Shown piece by piece: positions 53,518 through 63,617 of a DNA stretch of 64,000 bases. The stretch comes from an uncultured Bdellovibrionales bacterium (GTDB taxonomy: Bacteria > Bdellovibrionota_C > UBA2361 > CAIXSY01), in contig CAZEAC010000020.1 of NCBI GenBank assembly GCA_964510065.1, positions 2,799 through 66,798 of the forward strand, given 5' to 3'. How positions within the stretch are numbered: position 1 is the stretch's first letter; each line of letters starts with the position of its first letter. The position numbers were made by a program, and so were the translations under genes. Below the pieces are notes generated by a model. It searched no databases and had not been told where the DNA came from. It saw only the letters and a list, made by a program, of their open reading frames with translations.

Positions 53518-54297
53518 CTACTTCGCCAAAACAAAGACCACTTTAAAGCAAAAGCGCCCTAGCCACGGGACACCAAGTAATCTTTGATCGAGTTTTCGCA
53601 AGAATTTTTCGACGGGCGCACTAAGCCGCGGTCCAAGCGCTACACGGAATGGGTAAAGCAGAAAGATGAAGAAATGGTAATATTCAACTCTCACGCTCCT
53701 AAAAAATTTCTTTGCGTACTCAACGTCTTCAAGTTTGACGATATGGTCGACAGCCCATGCCGTGCGTTTTCCTCGCCATACATTTATTCGCCTATTTAAG
53801 TTGAAAATTGGATTATGCCCGAGACACTCCAAGCCAATTAATTTGCCTCCAGGCGCAAGCAGCTCTGCAAAGAGGGGAAGCGCAGTACGAACATTAATAC
53901 TTGAAAAAACTTCATGATCTATGATCAGGTCGAATTTTTCTGGCGAATTCGAAAGTTCGTCGATATCAGTCAATTCATACCTGACTCGCGGTGAGATTGG
54001 ATCATCTAATCCGCGCGCGACGTTAATTGCTGCTTGTACATTATCAATCGCCAAAACTTGGCCCCCCGCTTCAGCGGCAAGCCGCGAGTGAAATCCGCTG
54101 CCGCACCCTATCTCCAGCACTCTGCTTCCTTTCGACGCGGATATGAGAAGCTGTCGGAATCTGTTTTCACTCTCAAAAAGAAAATCTTCCCGGACTTCCG
54201 AAGAGGCAAATTCTTTTCCGGTCGAATAAAGCGCCTGGTACGCGGCTTTCTCTGCCTCTTTAGATTTCTGGTAACGATTAATTTCAAGGGCTTCCAT
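53518..54297 (-). CDS. class I SAM-dependent methyltransferase
   Basis: Motif I VLEIGCGSGFHSRLAAE. LAPGGKLIG. Confidence 0.8.
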   Translation of the reverse strand: MEALEINRYQKSKEAEKAAYQALYSTGKEFASSEVREDFLFESENRFRQLLISASKGSRVLEIGCGSGFHSRLAAEAGGQVLAIDNVQAAINVARGLDDPISPRVRYELTDIDELSNSPEKFDLIIDHEVFSSINVRTALPLFAELLAPGGKLIGLECLGHNPIFNLNRRINVWRGKRTAWAVDHIVKLEDVEYAKKFFRSVRVEYYHFFIFLLYPFRVALGPRLSAPVEKFLRKLDQRLLGVPWLGRFCFKVVFVLAK

Positions 54298-54593
54298 AGT
54301 CCTCCAAAACTAGCCACGCACGTTGAGCAAGCGAAGTGACCTTCTTGCTTCCGCTACGTGCATCCCTGAGCTCTGGATTTTTTTAAACTATATTCAGGCT
54401 AAAGTAACTAGCTACTGTCCACTTGATATAAAAACGACAGAAGCTATTTGCCGTAGCCCGCGTAACTACTCGAGAATGCTGCAAGACTGGCGAAGATTTT
54501 TTGCGGCGCGAACTGCCTGCGGCAAGCATTCCACGCTTGTCGCTTGAGCGAACTCCGAGTAAGCTAAATGTGTAAAATATCATAAGAAAAAGC

Positions 54594-55433
54594 ATGCTTC
54601 CGAAGTTCATTTCAATTGGACCACAACGAACAGCCACCACCTGGCTCTACGAGTGTCTCAAGTCTCACGTCATATTTCCGAAGGGCGTTAAAGAAACTCA
54701 ATTCTTCGACAAACACTATTCAAAGGGAATAAAGTGGTACGCCGAACACTTCCCGCCGGGAGACGCTTCTCCGTTAGCTGGCGAAATTGCCCCTACTTAC
54801 TTTCACTCCGATGAAGCGCCCGAACGAATCAAGACACACCTCGGAGGTATAAAAATAATCTGCTCGCTGCGAGACCCAGTCCAACGTCTTTATTCATTAT
54901 ACAAGCTGATGCTTGAGTATGGGATGACACACTCCTCGTTTGAGGACGCATTGAAGAATCATCCATTCATGCTTGATTCAAGCCGCTATGCCTACCACGT
55001 TGAGCGTTGGATTGAGCTTTTCGGACGAGAGCGCGTACTCGTGCTTTTTTATGAGGATCTGCAGAGTTCGCCGGAGAACTATCTGACTAAAGTGTGTGAT
55101 TTTTTAGAGCTCCCGAATATCGAGCTACCCGCGCACATGCGCGGCGCTCCGGACAAGGAAGCGCCTGCGCGAAATCTCATGCTGGCTTCATGTGGGCAGA
55201 AAATCGCCGATTTCCTCCGATCTCATCGCTGCTATAGAATAATTAATGGTGCAAAAGCGCTCGGGCTTAAATCGATTTTTTTTGGAGGCGGCCAACCTCT
55301 TCCCGGCCTTTTGAATTCCACTGAAACCGCGCTTCGCGAACAATTCCAAGATGATATCAATATGCTCGAGCGCCTCCTTAAACGAGATCTCTCCGCCTGG
55401 AAGCCGCACAACCACTCGCTCGCTACTTCATAA
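54594..55433 (+). CDS. sulfotransferase family protein
   Basis: 5'-PSB-like loop IGPQRTATTWL and 3'-PB-like LRDPVQRLYSLY. Confidence 0.8.
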   Translation: MLPKFISIGPQRTATTWLYECLKSHVIFPKGVKETQFFDKHYSKGIKWYAEHFPPGDASPLAGEIAPTYFHSDEAPERIKTHLGGIKIICSLRDPVQRLYSLYKLMLEYGMTHSSFEDALKNHPFMLDSSRYAYHVERWIELFGRERVLVLFYEDLQSSPENYLTKVCDFLELPNIELPAHMRGAPDKEAPARNLMLASCGQKIADFLRSHRCYRIINGAKALGLKSIFFGGGQPLPGLLNSTETALREQFQDDINMLERLLKRDLSAWKPHNHSLATS

Positions 55434-56644
55434 TGGAATTGGTCAAATCATTCTTAGCCAAGTTGAGCTTGATGACGTTCGGAGTGGGACTGGCACTCGG
55501 GATCGGAGAATTCTGTGTTCGAGCCGGCGCGCTCACGCAGGATGCCAATAAGTATATTTTCGACGAGACTCTTGGACATCGCCGCCCGCCAGACATCAAA
55601 GGCCACTATGAAACCACGGAATTTCGGACGTCAGTCGAATTCAATTCCGCGGGCTATCGCGACAAAGCACGATCACGCCTCAAGCCTAAGGACAATTTGA
55701 GAATTGCGGTGCTTGGCGATTCATATATGGAGGGGCTCCAGGTCGATTTTTCGGAAGTATTCTCACAACAACTTGAGCGGGCGCTACTTCTTCACGCACC
55801 ATCGACCTCGATTGAAGTGCTTAATTTTGGAGTTTCTGGATACGGAACGACTCAGGAATATCTTCAAATTCCTGAGATTCTGTCATATCAGCCAAATGTA
55901 GTAGTGCTTGCCTTCCTTACCGGAAATGATGTCCGAAACAACAACATTTTGCTCGATCAGAAAACCAATGATTACGGCCTTGCGCAACGTCCGTATCTTG
56001 AGCTCGACAATAATGGGGCACACTTTCACTCACCTGGCCCAGAGGCAAAAAGAGCATTCGAACGAACTGGGTGGCGATATCTCCTATTTGATTCTAGCAA
56101 ACTCATTCAAACAGTTCATTCACGCATGCGGCAGAACACGGGCGTCGCCAAGATTATGGTTAATTTGGGATTTCTTTCGGCTAGCACCTTCCACCTCATG
56201 CATGGAATTCCCACCGATTATCAGATCTACTCTATGCAACCTGCCCCTGAGTGGCAGCAGGCTTGGGGCAGCACGAAATACTTGCTCGCTTCCATGCATT
56301 CTGAGCTGCGCGAAGCTGGCGTACCCTTGGTTGTCGTGTCCTTGACCAATCGAGAGCAGATATACAAGACTGATTGGCAGGCTATTCTTCGCCAATATCC
56401 CTTAATGAACTCCCAAACTTGGGATCTAGAACTTCCCTCAAACAAGCTTTCGGCAATTTTGCAAGAGCTGGGAATCCCGGAAATCCGACTCCTCGAGAAA
56501 TTTCGACGTTATGCCGAAGCGCCGGAATCTGCTAGGCTTCATTATGAGCTCGATGGTCATTGGACCAAGGTCGGACATCGACTGGGGGCCGAAATAGTAG
56601 CGTCCGAGTTATGGCAACACAACTACTTAGGGATCGCGAGGTGA
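55433..56644 (+). CDS. membrane-anchored SGNH/GDSL-like hydrolase or acyltransferase
   Basis: N-terminal TM segment. RIAVLGDSYMEG. C-terminal LDGHWTKVGH (DxxH). TAATG overlap with the sulfotransferase gene. Confidence 0.65.
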   Translation: MELVKSFLAKLSLMTFGVGLALGIGEFCVRAGALTQDANKYIFDETLGHRRPPDIKGHYETTEFRTSVEFNSAGYRDKARSRLKPKDNLRIAVLGDSYMEGLQVDFSEVFSQQLERALLLHAPSTSIEVLNFGVSGYGTTQEYLQIPEILSYQPNVVVLAFLTGNDVRNNNILLDQKTNDYGLAQRPYLELDNNGAHFHSPGPEAKRAFERTGWRYLLFDSSKLIQTVHSRMRQNTGVAKIMVNLGFLSASTFHLMHGIPTDYQIYSMQPAPEWQQAWGSTKYLLASMHSELREAGVPLVVVSLTNREQIYKTDWQAILRQYPLMNSQTWDLELPSNKLSAILQELGIPEIRLLEKFRRYAEAPESARLHYELDGHWTKVGHRLGAEIVASELWQHNYLGIAR

Positions 56645-57816
56645 GGCTCAACGTAAAATGTGAGTTGGATCGCCCTTGCCCCGGAAGGATCAAGGTGCTG
56701 TACGTCATTTCTTCGCTCAACCGAGGCGGGGCCGAAAAACAGCTTTTTTTGTTACTTTCAGGGCTCGACAGGAATATTTATCAGCCATCTCTCGTGACGC
56801 TATCGGACGGTGAGTGGAGCGAGGCGCTTAAGAAGCTCAACATTCCCGTGACAGTTATTGGCCTCCAATCGCGCATACGCCAGATCGTTCGCCTATTTCA
56901 AATATACCGCACTGAAAAGCCAGTAATTCTTCACTGTATCGGAACGTCGGCTGGACTACGTGGAAGAATTGCAGAATTTTTTTATCGAATCCCTGTTACG
57001 ATAATGTCGGAGCGTTCTTCACCGGAGCGACTCGCATTGGTTTCCCGACTCGCTGAGTGGTTTCTAAATCTGTTCACCGATCGAGTAATTACAAACTCCT
57101 CTCACGCGCTACGGTACTTTGAAAAGCATCCGCTCCTTAAGTCGTGTCAAATTACGGTAATCCACAACGGCATCGAAGACACTCCCCTCCCAACCTTACA
57201 AGCATCGAAGCGGCCTCTCGACCAATCATCGAAAATAAATATTGGGTATCTCGCTAATATGATCGCCCTAAAGAATCATGAGCTGGTGATCCGAGCTGCA
57301 GAAATACTCAAGAATGAGATCCCAGGCCTGCACTTTTATTTTGCCGGAGATGGTCCTCGATTACAGGAGCTAAAGAGCCTTTGTCGTGCAATAGGGCTCG
57401 AGGATCGCTTTGTCTTTCTCGGACAGATAAGCTCGAGCCAAGATTTTTTGGCTACCTTGGATTTTTATGTGCATGCCTCAAAGATTGAAGGGGCGCCGAA
57501 CGCTATTATGGAGGCCATGGTATCAGGGATTCCCGTGGTTGCAGCACCTTCGGAAGGCGCGATAGAAGTACTTGAACAGGGCAAACTGGGAACATTACTC
57601 AAAGACTTTGAACCCTCTTCGCTCGCACAAAGCATCAGAGAAGTGGTCCACAACAAGGTCGACTACCGAGGCATGGCCGCGACAGCTTCAGAGTTAACGA
57701 GAACTAAATACAGTGTCGCACGAATGGTAGAGGCGACCGAGCGAATTTACCAAGAGGAAATTTGCCGGATTGCATGGCAAACACCTGTCGCACAAGTTAC
57801 TGCGGATAACAGCTAG
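56641..57816 (+). CDS. glycosyltransferase family 4
   Basis: VLYVISSLNRGGAEKQL and EGAPNAIMEAMVSGIPVVA. Start set at GTG 56641 (GTGA overlap); the track ORF starts at 56560 inside the upstream gene. Confidence 0.85.
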   Translation: MRLNVKCELDRPCPGRIKVLYVISSLNRGGAEKQLFLLLSGLDRNIYQPSLVTLSDGEWSEALKKLNIPVTVIGLQSRIRQIVRLFQIYRTEKPVILHCIGTSAGLRGRIAEFFYRIPVTIMSERSSPERLALVSRLAEWFLNLFTDRVITNSSHALRYFEKHPLLKSCQITVIHNGIEDTPLPTLQASKRPLDQSSKINIGYLANMIALKNHELVIRAAEILKNEIPGLHFYFAGDGPRLQELKSLCRAIGLEDRFVFLGQISSSQDFLATLDFYVHASKIEGAPNAIMEAMVSGIPVVAAPSEGAIEVLEQGKLGTLLKDFEPSSLAQSIREVVHNKVDYRGMAATASELTRTKYSVARMVEATERIYQEEICRIAWQTPVAQVTADNS

Positions 57817-57818
57817 TC

Positions 57819-59273
57819 ATGAGCGCTCGATCTTCCCTAATTACAGGCGTTGCATTCCGGTCGTTCCCTTTTTTTGTAATTGCAATTCTTTCCCTGCTGA
57901 TTACGCTTGTCTTGATCAACGATTCTTCGCCGGAATCGCAGGCGGTGATAAGCGCAGTGCCACTTAATGTAATGCTTCTCTATTTGCTTTATCGACACCG
58001 CTCGATTGTTGACGGCAATTTCGTTTTCTTGCTCTTTTTCGCTCTCCACTACAGTATCATGGTGCCTCTTTATACAACCGCACGCATTTGGGCCTCGTTC
58101 TGGCAATCGGAAATCGCCTTTGATTGGGCACTTACCACCAAGTGCAATATTATTTCAACAATTGCACTTGCGGGCTACGCGCTTGGAATCTTTAGTGCCG
58201 AGGCCCATTATCGGGTAAAAAAGCAGCAAGGCCCTCCCACTTCCGGCGCTGCCAAGGCCATGGATTCATCCAAGCAAATTAGAAAGCTGATTGGCATCTT
58301 TATCGCGGTTGGACTTTTATCTTGGATCGCGATTTTAGTGCAGAATTCCGACATTTCGGATCTTCTTCTGGGGCGTCCGCTCAATCGAATGACGTTTCCG
58401 GATTACGGTGGGGCTTACCTTTTTATGCTGCTCTTTTGTATAGGTCACGCATATCTCTTGTTTACAGTCCTCGTGCGCAAGTCGCGTTATTTTTTGATTC
58501 TTTCCATTCTTGCGATTCTTCCGACGCTCTACTTACTTCTCATAAAAGGTGCGAGACACGAGTTCGTGGTAGTTCCTTTTGCTGCATATATTCTTTTTAG
58601 AAAGCATGGCTCCAAAGTCCTCAAGAATCCCCTTTTCTATAAAGCGTCGCGTACGCTCTTCGCACTAATTATCTTGGCGTTATCGGCTGGTTTTCTCGTT
58701 TTCTATACTCGTTACCGCTCCGGACTGGAATCTTACACTTTTGAGGAGATTCCCTACTTCCTGCACTCTCTCGCCGACGCGGCGGGCTATATGATTGTAG
58801 TAAAAACAGTTCCTGAAACTTTTGATTATTGGTACGGGATGACCTACCTATATCCAATTCTCAATCATATTCCTGCGGCTATCTTTCCATCAAAATATGA
58901 ATACATGTATGGAGTAAACCGTTTCACTGAACTGTTTTATGGGTATAACGCAACACTAGATACGAGCACAGTCTCACACACCTACTCATTGCTTGGCGAA
59001 GTTTATTTCAACTTTGGCGTGCTCGGCACTCCTTTCGCACTATTCGTACTCGGCTATGTCATAACTCGAATGTACTTACATTACCGGTCAAACAATTCAT
59101 CATTATTTTATTGCTACTGTTACGCGCTGTTCGTTCCAATATTCATTCTCTATACAGTAAAGGCAGGAATAGTTTCAGGACTTATATACTACCTTCAAAA
59201 TGTATTAATGATCTTCGCGTTCCCTTTACTATTCTTTTACAGAAAATACGGCATCTCGAAGAAGTTAGGCTAA
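57819..59273 (+). CDS. polytopic membrane protein, O-antigen/EPS repeat-unit polymerase (Wzy-like)
   Basis: About 11-12 TM helices with one larger loop. AT-rich, and lies between a glycosyltransferase and the flippase in the locus. The call rests on topology and context only. Confidence 0.6.
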   Translation: MSARSSLITGVAFRSFPFFVIAILSLLITLVLINDSSPESQAVISAVPLNVMLLYLLYRHRSIVDGNFVFLLFFALHYSIMVPLYTTARIWASFWQSEIAFDWALTTKCNIISTIALAGYALGIFSAEAHYRVKKQQGPPTSGAAKAMDSSKQIRKLIGIFIAVGLLSWIAILVQNSDISDLLLGRPLNRMTFPDYGGAYLFMLLFCIGHAYLLFTVLVRKSRYFLILSILAILPTLYLLLIKGARHEFVVVPFAAYILFRKHGSKVLKNPLFYKASRTLFALIILALSAGFLVFYTRYRSGLESYTFEEIPYFLHSLADAAGYMIVVKTVPETFDYWYGMTYLYPILNHIPAAIFPSKYEYMYGVNRFTELFYGYNATLDTSTVSHTYSLLGEVYFNFGVLGTPFALFVLGYVITRMYLHYRSNNSSLFYCYCYALFVPIFILYTVKAGIVSGLIYYLQNVLMIFAFPLLFFYRKYGISKKLG

Positions 59274-59297
59274 GCACGGCAAGCGTGCTGCCTGAAG

Positions 59298-60065
59298 CTA
59301 GGGCTTTCGCTGAAATTTATAGATAACTTCAAAACCCAAAGTCTGGAGACGGGCCTGTTCAAATGAACCAAAAAGAGATCGGGTTAGGCGATAAAGGCGA
59401 TCGGCACTCAAAAGCCTACGTACTCCAGGAAAGGGCAAACAGTAGCTAAACCTACCTTGAAGAGTCATACCAACCTGGTCGGTCCAGCCAAGAAATTCAC
59501 GCTCTGCAATGCTATTCCAAAAATACGGGTTTAATCCCAATTGTGTTCTCAACCAGGCATAGCACATCAGACACTTTGCAAGCGGGTGTTGCGCATTAAA
59601 GTTCTGTATAATGGCGATGCCGGAGGGAGAAAGTGCTTCGGCGATTTTGCAAAGCGCTTCACGTGGCGAACGAACATGCGCGAGCAGTCCTAAGGCAAGG
59701 ATAAGATCGTAGCGCCCCTTTTCCAAAGGCACTGATTCGATATCGCCGCATATCAATCGCGTATTCGTGTGTCCCGACTTTTGAAGAGTCTTCGATGCTT
59801 CATCAAGCATCACAGGTGAAATATCCACGAGGGTCAACTCTGTTGCCCGCTTCGCCGCCACTGAAGCAATCTGCCCGTCTCCGCACCCGACGTCCAGACA
59901 TCTTGCATAGCTCTGATCTCCCAAGATCTCGCTTACAATGTCGCGACGTATCCAGATATTATGGTTCTGCTCAACATAGCGACTACTATCACCAAAGAAT
60001 GCCGCGACATCGCTCGAGCGATCTAAAACCGCTTCACAAATCTTCGCCGAAGAATTCCTAGGCAT
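59298..60065 (-). CDS. class I SAM-dependent methyltransferase
   Basis: Motif I CLDVGCGDGQIAS. LVDISPVML. Confidence 0.8.
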   Translation of the reverse strand: MPRNSSAKICEAVLDRSSDVAAFFGDSSRYVEQNHNIWIRRDIVSEILGDQSYARCLDVGCGDGQIASVAAKRATELTLVDISPVMLDEASKTLQKSGHTNTRLICGDIESVPLEKGRYDLILALGLLAHVRSPREALCKIAEALSPSGIAIIQNFNAQHPLAKCLMCYAWLRTQLGLNPYFWNSIAEREFLGWTDQVGMTLQGRFSYCLPFPGVRRLLSADRLYRLTRSLFGSFEQARLQTLGFEVIYKFQRKP

Positions 60066-60165
60066 TATTCAATGTCCTCATTATTCTTGTGGCGAAAACT
60101 TTTAACGTTTTAAATCCCATGCGCTTCTCCCTCTTATAGTACTTGTATATCGCAATTGGGAAGTC

Positions 60166-61233
60166 TTAATCACTTAAACTACTTGCGGTTACTGCCGTGC
60201 GCAGCGGGCCATAGAGCTCCTGCGCTACAAGCGCATGCCCTTCTGGGCTTAAGTGATTGTCCCATGGGAAAAGATATAGTTTACGCCCTCGCGCACCGCG
60301 AAACGTCTCAGTCATGTCAAGAATTGCAGTCTCGGGGACAGCGCCCTTAAGTATATCAGCGAAGGAAACTTTTCGTGGAGGGCCTACGGTGATTGCTCTT
60401 GCTGGGATATGGGTAATGAGGAGAGACGCGTGCCAAGCGGCACAAAGCTGAGCAATCTCTTTGAGATACTCGAGAGTGCTAGTAACGACTTGATCGTGTT
60501 TAAGGTCAAGGGTTTCAGCGAATAGCGCCTTAAAGAAGATTGCGTCAGCGTCATTTCGCCACATATACGCAATCTCGCCTGCCACGTTGCGAAGAAGCGA
60601 AATGGATGCTGCGCGCTTTAAAAAATAGATCCCGTCGTAGGGCAGCCACTTTAACCATGCGGGCCGTCCGTCGAGATTACCTGCCTCAATAATTATCTTA
60701 CGCTGCGCTACCTCTCGAATGTTAAAATCATTATAAAAAAAATTAACTACTACGATCTTAGGTCGCAGTAGGGCAATATTCTCCTTAAGGAAATCAAGCT
60801 GGTGAAAAGTGCTCCAACCTAGTGTCGACCCATTCAAGACATCCGCTGGAATTTCATCCCGTATGAAGCGTGCTGATAATTTGCTGGCGAAGGTATCCGC
60901 TTCCGCAACCTGCGCACCGAAAGTAATAGAGTCACCCAATAATAGGATCTTTTTGTGCGGTGAGTTCAAATTCCATTCCGCTCCGCGGAACCCATAGGAA
61001 TTCACATGGACCTCTGAATTTCCAGAAAATGCCTCCTGATTCGGCACCATTCGATACCCATACGAAGACAATTCGTGCTTAATTTGAGGCTCACGCCATG
61101 CAATTGGCGCGCCAAAAAGTGCTCGGATAGTGACTTCGCCCAGCAACATCGAGATCACAAAAGAGATCATTGCAACCAGCAGAAGAATCTTCGTATTGGT
61201 CAAAAGTTCTCTGCCAAAATTAAGATGGGTCAT
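60166..61233 (-). CDS. membrane-anchored SGNH/GDSL-like hydrolase or acyltransferase
   Basis: N-terminal TM segment. KILLLGDSITFG. C-terminal WDNHLSPEGH. Confidence 0.65.
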   Translation of the reverse strand: MTHLNFGRELLTNTKILLLVAMISFVISMLLGEVTIRALFGAPIAWREPQIKHELSSYGYRMVPNQEAFSGNSEVHVNSYGFRGAEWNLNSPHKKILLLGDSITFGAQVAEADTFASKLSARFIRDEIPADVLNGSTLGWSTFHQLDFLKENIALLRPKIVVVNFFYNDFNIREVAQRKIIIEAGNLDGRPAWLKWLPYDGIYFLKRAASISLLRNVAGEIAYMWRNDADAIFFKALFAETLDLKHDQVVTSTLEYLKEIAQLCAAWHASLLITHIPARAITVGPPRKVSFADILKGAVPETAILDMTETFRGARGRKLYLFPWDNHLSPEGHALVAQELYGPLRTAVTASSLSD

Positions 61234-61275
61234 GAGATGCTTACGAGAGGAGCGGGGCCTACCCTACCACCAAGA

Positions 61276-61289
61276 ATAACATATGTTAT
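61276..61289. promoter_or_regulatory. perfect 14-bp palindrome in a divergent promoter region
   Basis: ATAACATATGTTAT between the divergently transcribed SGNH gene (61233) and the flippase gene (61434). Confidence 0.25.
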
Positions 61290-61433
61290 CCACCTTCGGA
61301 GCATACTACACTCAATCGGGGAATAACAGGCCACACTGCAGACACTTTGTGATGTTACACTCGCCTCTATCGATGCGATACGCTATGTTCATTGATTTGC
61401 CGTAAGACAACTCATATCTAACTCGCCGGGGAC

Positions 61434-62792
61434 ATGCCCTTGCCGAAACCAAACTTTTCACGGCTTAGCGCCATACTCCTGTCGGACTTTTCGCTCCCTC
61501 GTCTCGCCATGTATTCATTTGGATCCCAAATCTTGGCGACCCTTAGCGCAATACTCCTGCAGATTTATGTAGCTCAAGAATTAGGGATTAAAGAATACGG
61601 CAATTTCGCACTCGCCTATTCAATACTACTTCTCGCCGCAGTGCCGGCCCGAATGGGACTTGATCACGCGCTCGTCCGATTTGTGCCGGTCTTTTTAAAG
61701 GAAGGGAAAAAGATTCTTGCTGCTCGGGTAGTCCTTAGATTCGCTATTCAAAGCGCCGGAGCCGCGCTCATCGTTGCTGCGATGCTGACTGCTTTTGGAG
61801 GCTACCTATGGGCCCAACTGGGACACTCGCACGCATTATTATATTTGGGGCTAACGCTTCCCGTATTGGTGGCAATGCAAATTATACAGGCGGCGCTCCG
61901 TGGGCTGTCAGCGACTGTTGCCTGCCAGCTTCCGGAAAGTATTTTGCGCCCGCTATTACTGATCAGTTCAGTTTACTTATTGCCCAATATATTCGGTCTA
62001 AAATTAGACGCGACTAACATTCTTGCGCTCAACGCGGGTTGCACTGCGGTTTCTTGCGCAGTTGCCTTTGCGATACTCTTCCGACGGCTCCCGCTACATC
62101 GCAGCGAGAATACTGCGATTGAGAAATCATTACTCGGCACTATTGCGAGGACTGGTGGTCAGCTTATGGCAATTTCCGGACTGCAGTCGGTTAGTGCTCA
62201 AATCGAGATTATTCTTCTGGGCATTTTTGCAACATCGCATGAGGTTGGAATCTTCGCCTCGGCGTTGCGCGTCACTGTCGCAATTTTGATCTTTAACTAT
62301 GCGGTTTCGGCAGTGGCCGCCCCGCTTATTGCAAAAAGCTACTTCTCACGGGATAAGAGCGAACTTACTCGAATTGTTCGCCAGGGAAATATTCTCATTC
62401 GCGCTTGTACACTCACTGCAATCTTATTTACTGCACTCTTTCCTCGCCAGATTTTAAACCTCTTCGGTTCCGAGTTCGAAGGCGGCGTGCCATGTTTGCT
62501 ACTACTTGCGGCCGCCGAGATTCCGCGGGCATTCGCCGGGCTCAGCGGCAGTGTATTGAGTATGACCGGACACCAGCGCCAATATTATGTTCCGCTCGTA
62601 CTCACAATCTTGTGCGGACTTATCTGCAATGTCGTATTAATTCCGAAATTCGGGGCTCTCGGAGCGGCAGTGTCTTATTTCTTTAGCGCGCTGCTCTTTA
62701 ATACTATTGTTTCAAGAGCTGCCAAAACTATTCTCTACGCTCAAGCACCGTCGATAGACGCCCCGTCGGTCACGAGAGCTTGCGAAACATAA
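61434..62792 (+). CDS. wzx: polysaccharide flippase (Wzx, MOP superfamily)
   Basis: 452 aa with about 12-14 TM helices and a typical Wzx N-terminus. Located in the glycan locus. Confidence 0.75.
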   Translation: MPLPKPNFSRLSAILLSDFSLPRLAMYSFGSQILATLSAILLQIYVAQELGIKEYGNFALAYSILLLAAVPARMGLDHALVRFVPVFLKEGKKILAARVVLRFAIQSAGAALIVAAMLTAFGGYLWAQLGHSHALLYLGLTLPVLVAMQIIQAALRGLSATVACQLPESILRPLLLISSVYLLPNIFGLKLDATNILALNAGCTAVSCAVAFAILFRRLPLHRSENTAIEKSLLGTIARTGGQLMAISGLQSVSAQIEIILLGIFATSHEVGIFASALRVTVAILIFNYAVSAVAAPLIAKSYFSRDKSELTRIVRQGNILIRACTLTAILFTALFPRQILNLFGSEFEGGVPCLLLLAAAEIPRAFAGLSGSVLSMTGHQRQYYVPLVLTILCGLICNVVLIPKFGALGAAVSYFFSALLFNTIVSRAAKTILYAQAPSIDAPSVTRACET

Positions 62793-63615
62793 ACTGATTA
62801 CAGCCAAGCGAGTGGGTCGTTGTCAAAAACTCAAGTTGGAACCCTCCCGAAGCGTGAATATAATTAAAAATCTCGCCCGCCGTCGCACATTCATAAGGAT
62901 ACCCACCTACCCAATCCCGAATGTCATGCCAAAATGACTGCCCACGCAATCGCCGCTGCGGGTACCGAGTAATATGGGTTATTGGGTTTCGCAAAGTAAC
63001 TACCATTCGCAATAGACATTGCAATCCATAAGAAAAAACCATGGCGTCTTGGAGCCACCTTGGCGCACTAACGTAGAAGCGCTTCACCTTTAACCACATA
63101 TTCGAACCGACGCCGATTCGATCTACTCGATTGTAAATCGCTATTGCAAATTTACCATTGGGCTTTACCATTGTCGCGGCGTTATTAATCGCTTCCCACA
63201 TTTGACCAGTGTGGTGCAATACACCCCATGAATAAACATAATCAAACAGCCCCAGCGAGGCCAAAAAACTCTTATCAAGTACACTGCCTTGAACAATCAT
63301 CCAGCGATCCCGACTCACTCCGCTTCCGTCTCGTAGTTTCTCGGCAGCTGCCACGGAAAGTGGATCGAAATCGAATGAAACCACTCGACGTGCTCCCAAG
63401 CGCAGCGCGGCAAGAGAAAACAAGCCACTTCCGCTCCCCACATCCAAAAAATCTGCGCCCTCGAGGCTCTCAACTCTCAGTATCTCTTTTAGTGAACCCG
63501 TGGCCAGGGAAACTCTTTGCGCAATATCGGGCTGCGCGGCGAAATCGAGCCAATTTGCTCCAAAACTGAATCGTTTATCAACGGACACTACTTTCGCCAT
63601 ACTCTCCCTACTCAA
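62770..63615 (-). CDS. class I SAM-dependent methyltransferase
   Basis: Motif I FLDVGSGSGLFSLAALRLGA. VSFDFDP. Confidence 0.8.
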   Translation of the reverse strand: MSRESMAKVVSVDKRFSFGANWLDFAAQPDIAQRVSLATGSLKEILRVESLEGADFLDVGSGSGLFSLAALRLGARRVVSFDFDPLSVAAAEKLRDGSGVSRDRWMIVQGSVLDKSFLASLGLFDYVYSWGVLHHTGQMWEAINNAATMVKPNGKFAIAIYNRVDRIGVGSNMWLKVKRFYVSAPRWLQDAMVFSYGLQCLLRMVVTLRNPITHITRYPQRRLRGQSFWHDIRDWVGGYPYECATAGEIFNYIHASGGFQLEFLTTTHSLGCNQFMFRKLS

Positions 63616-63617
63616 AG

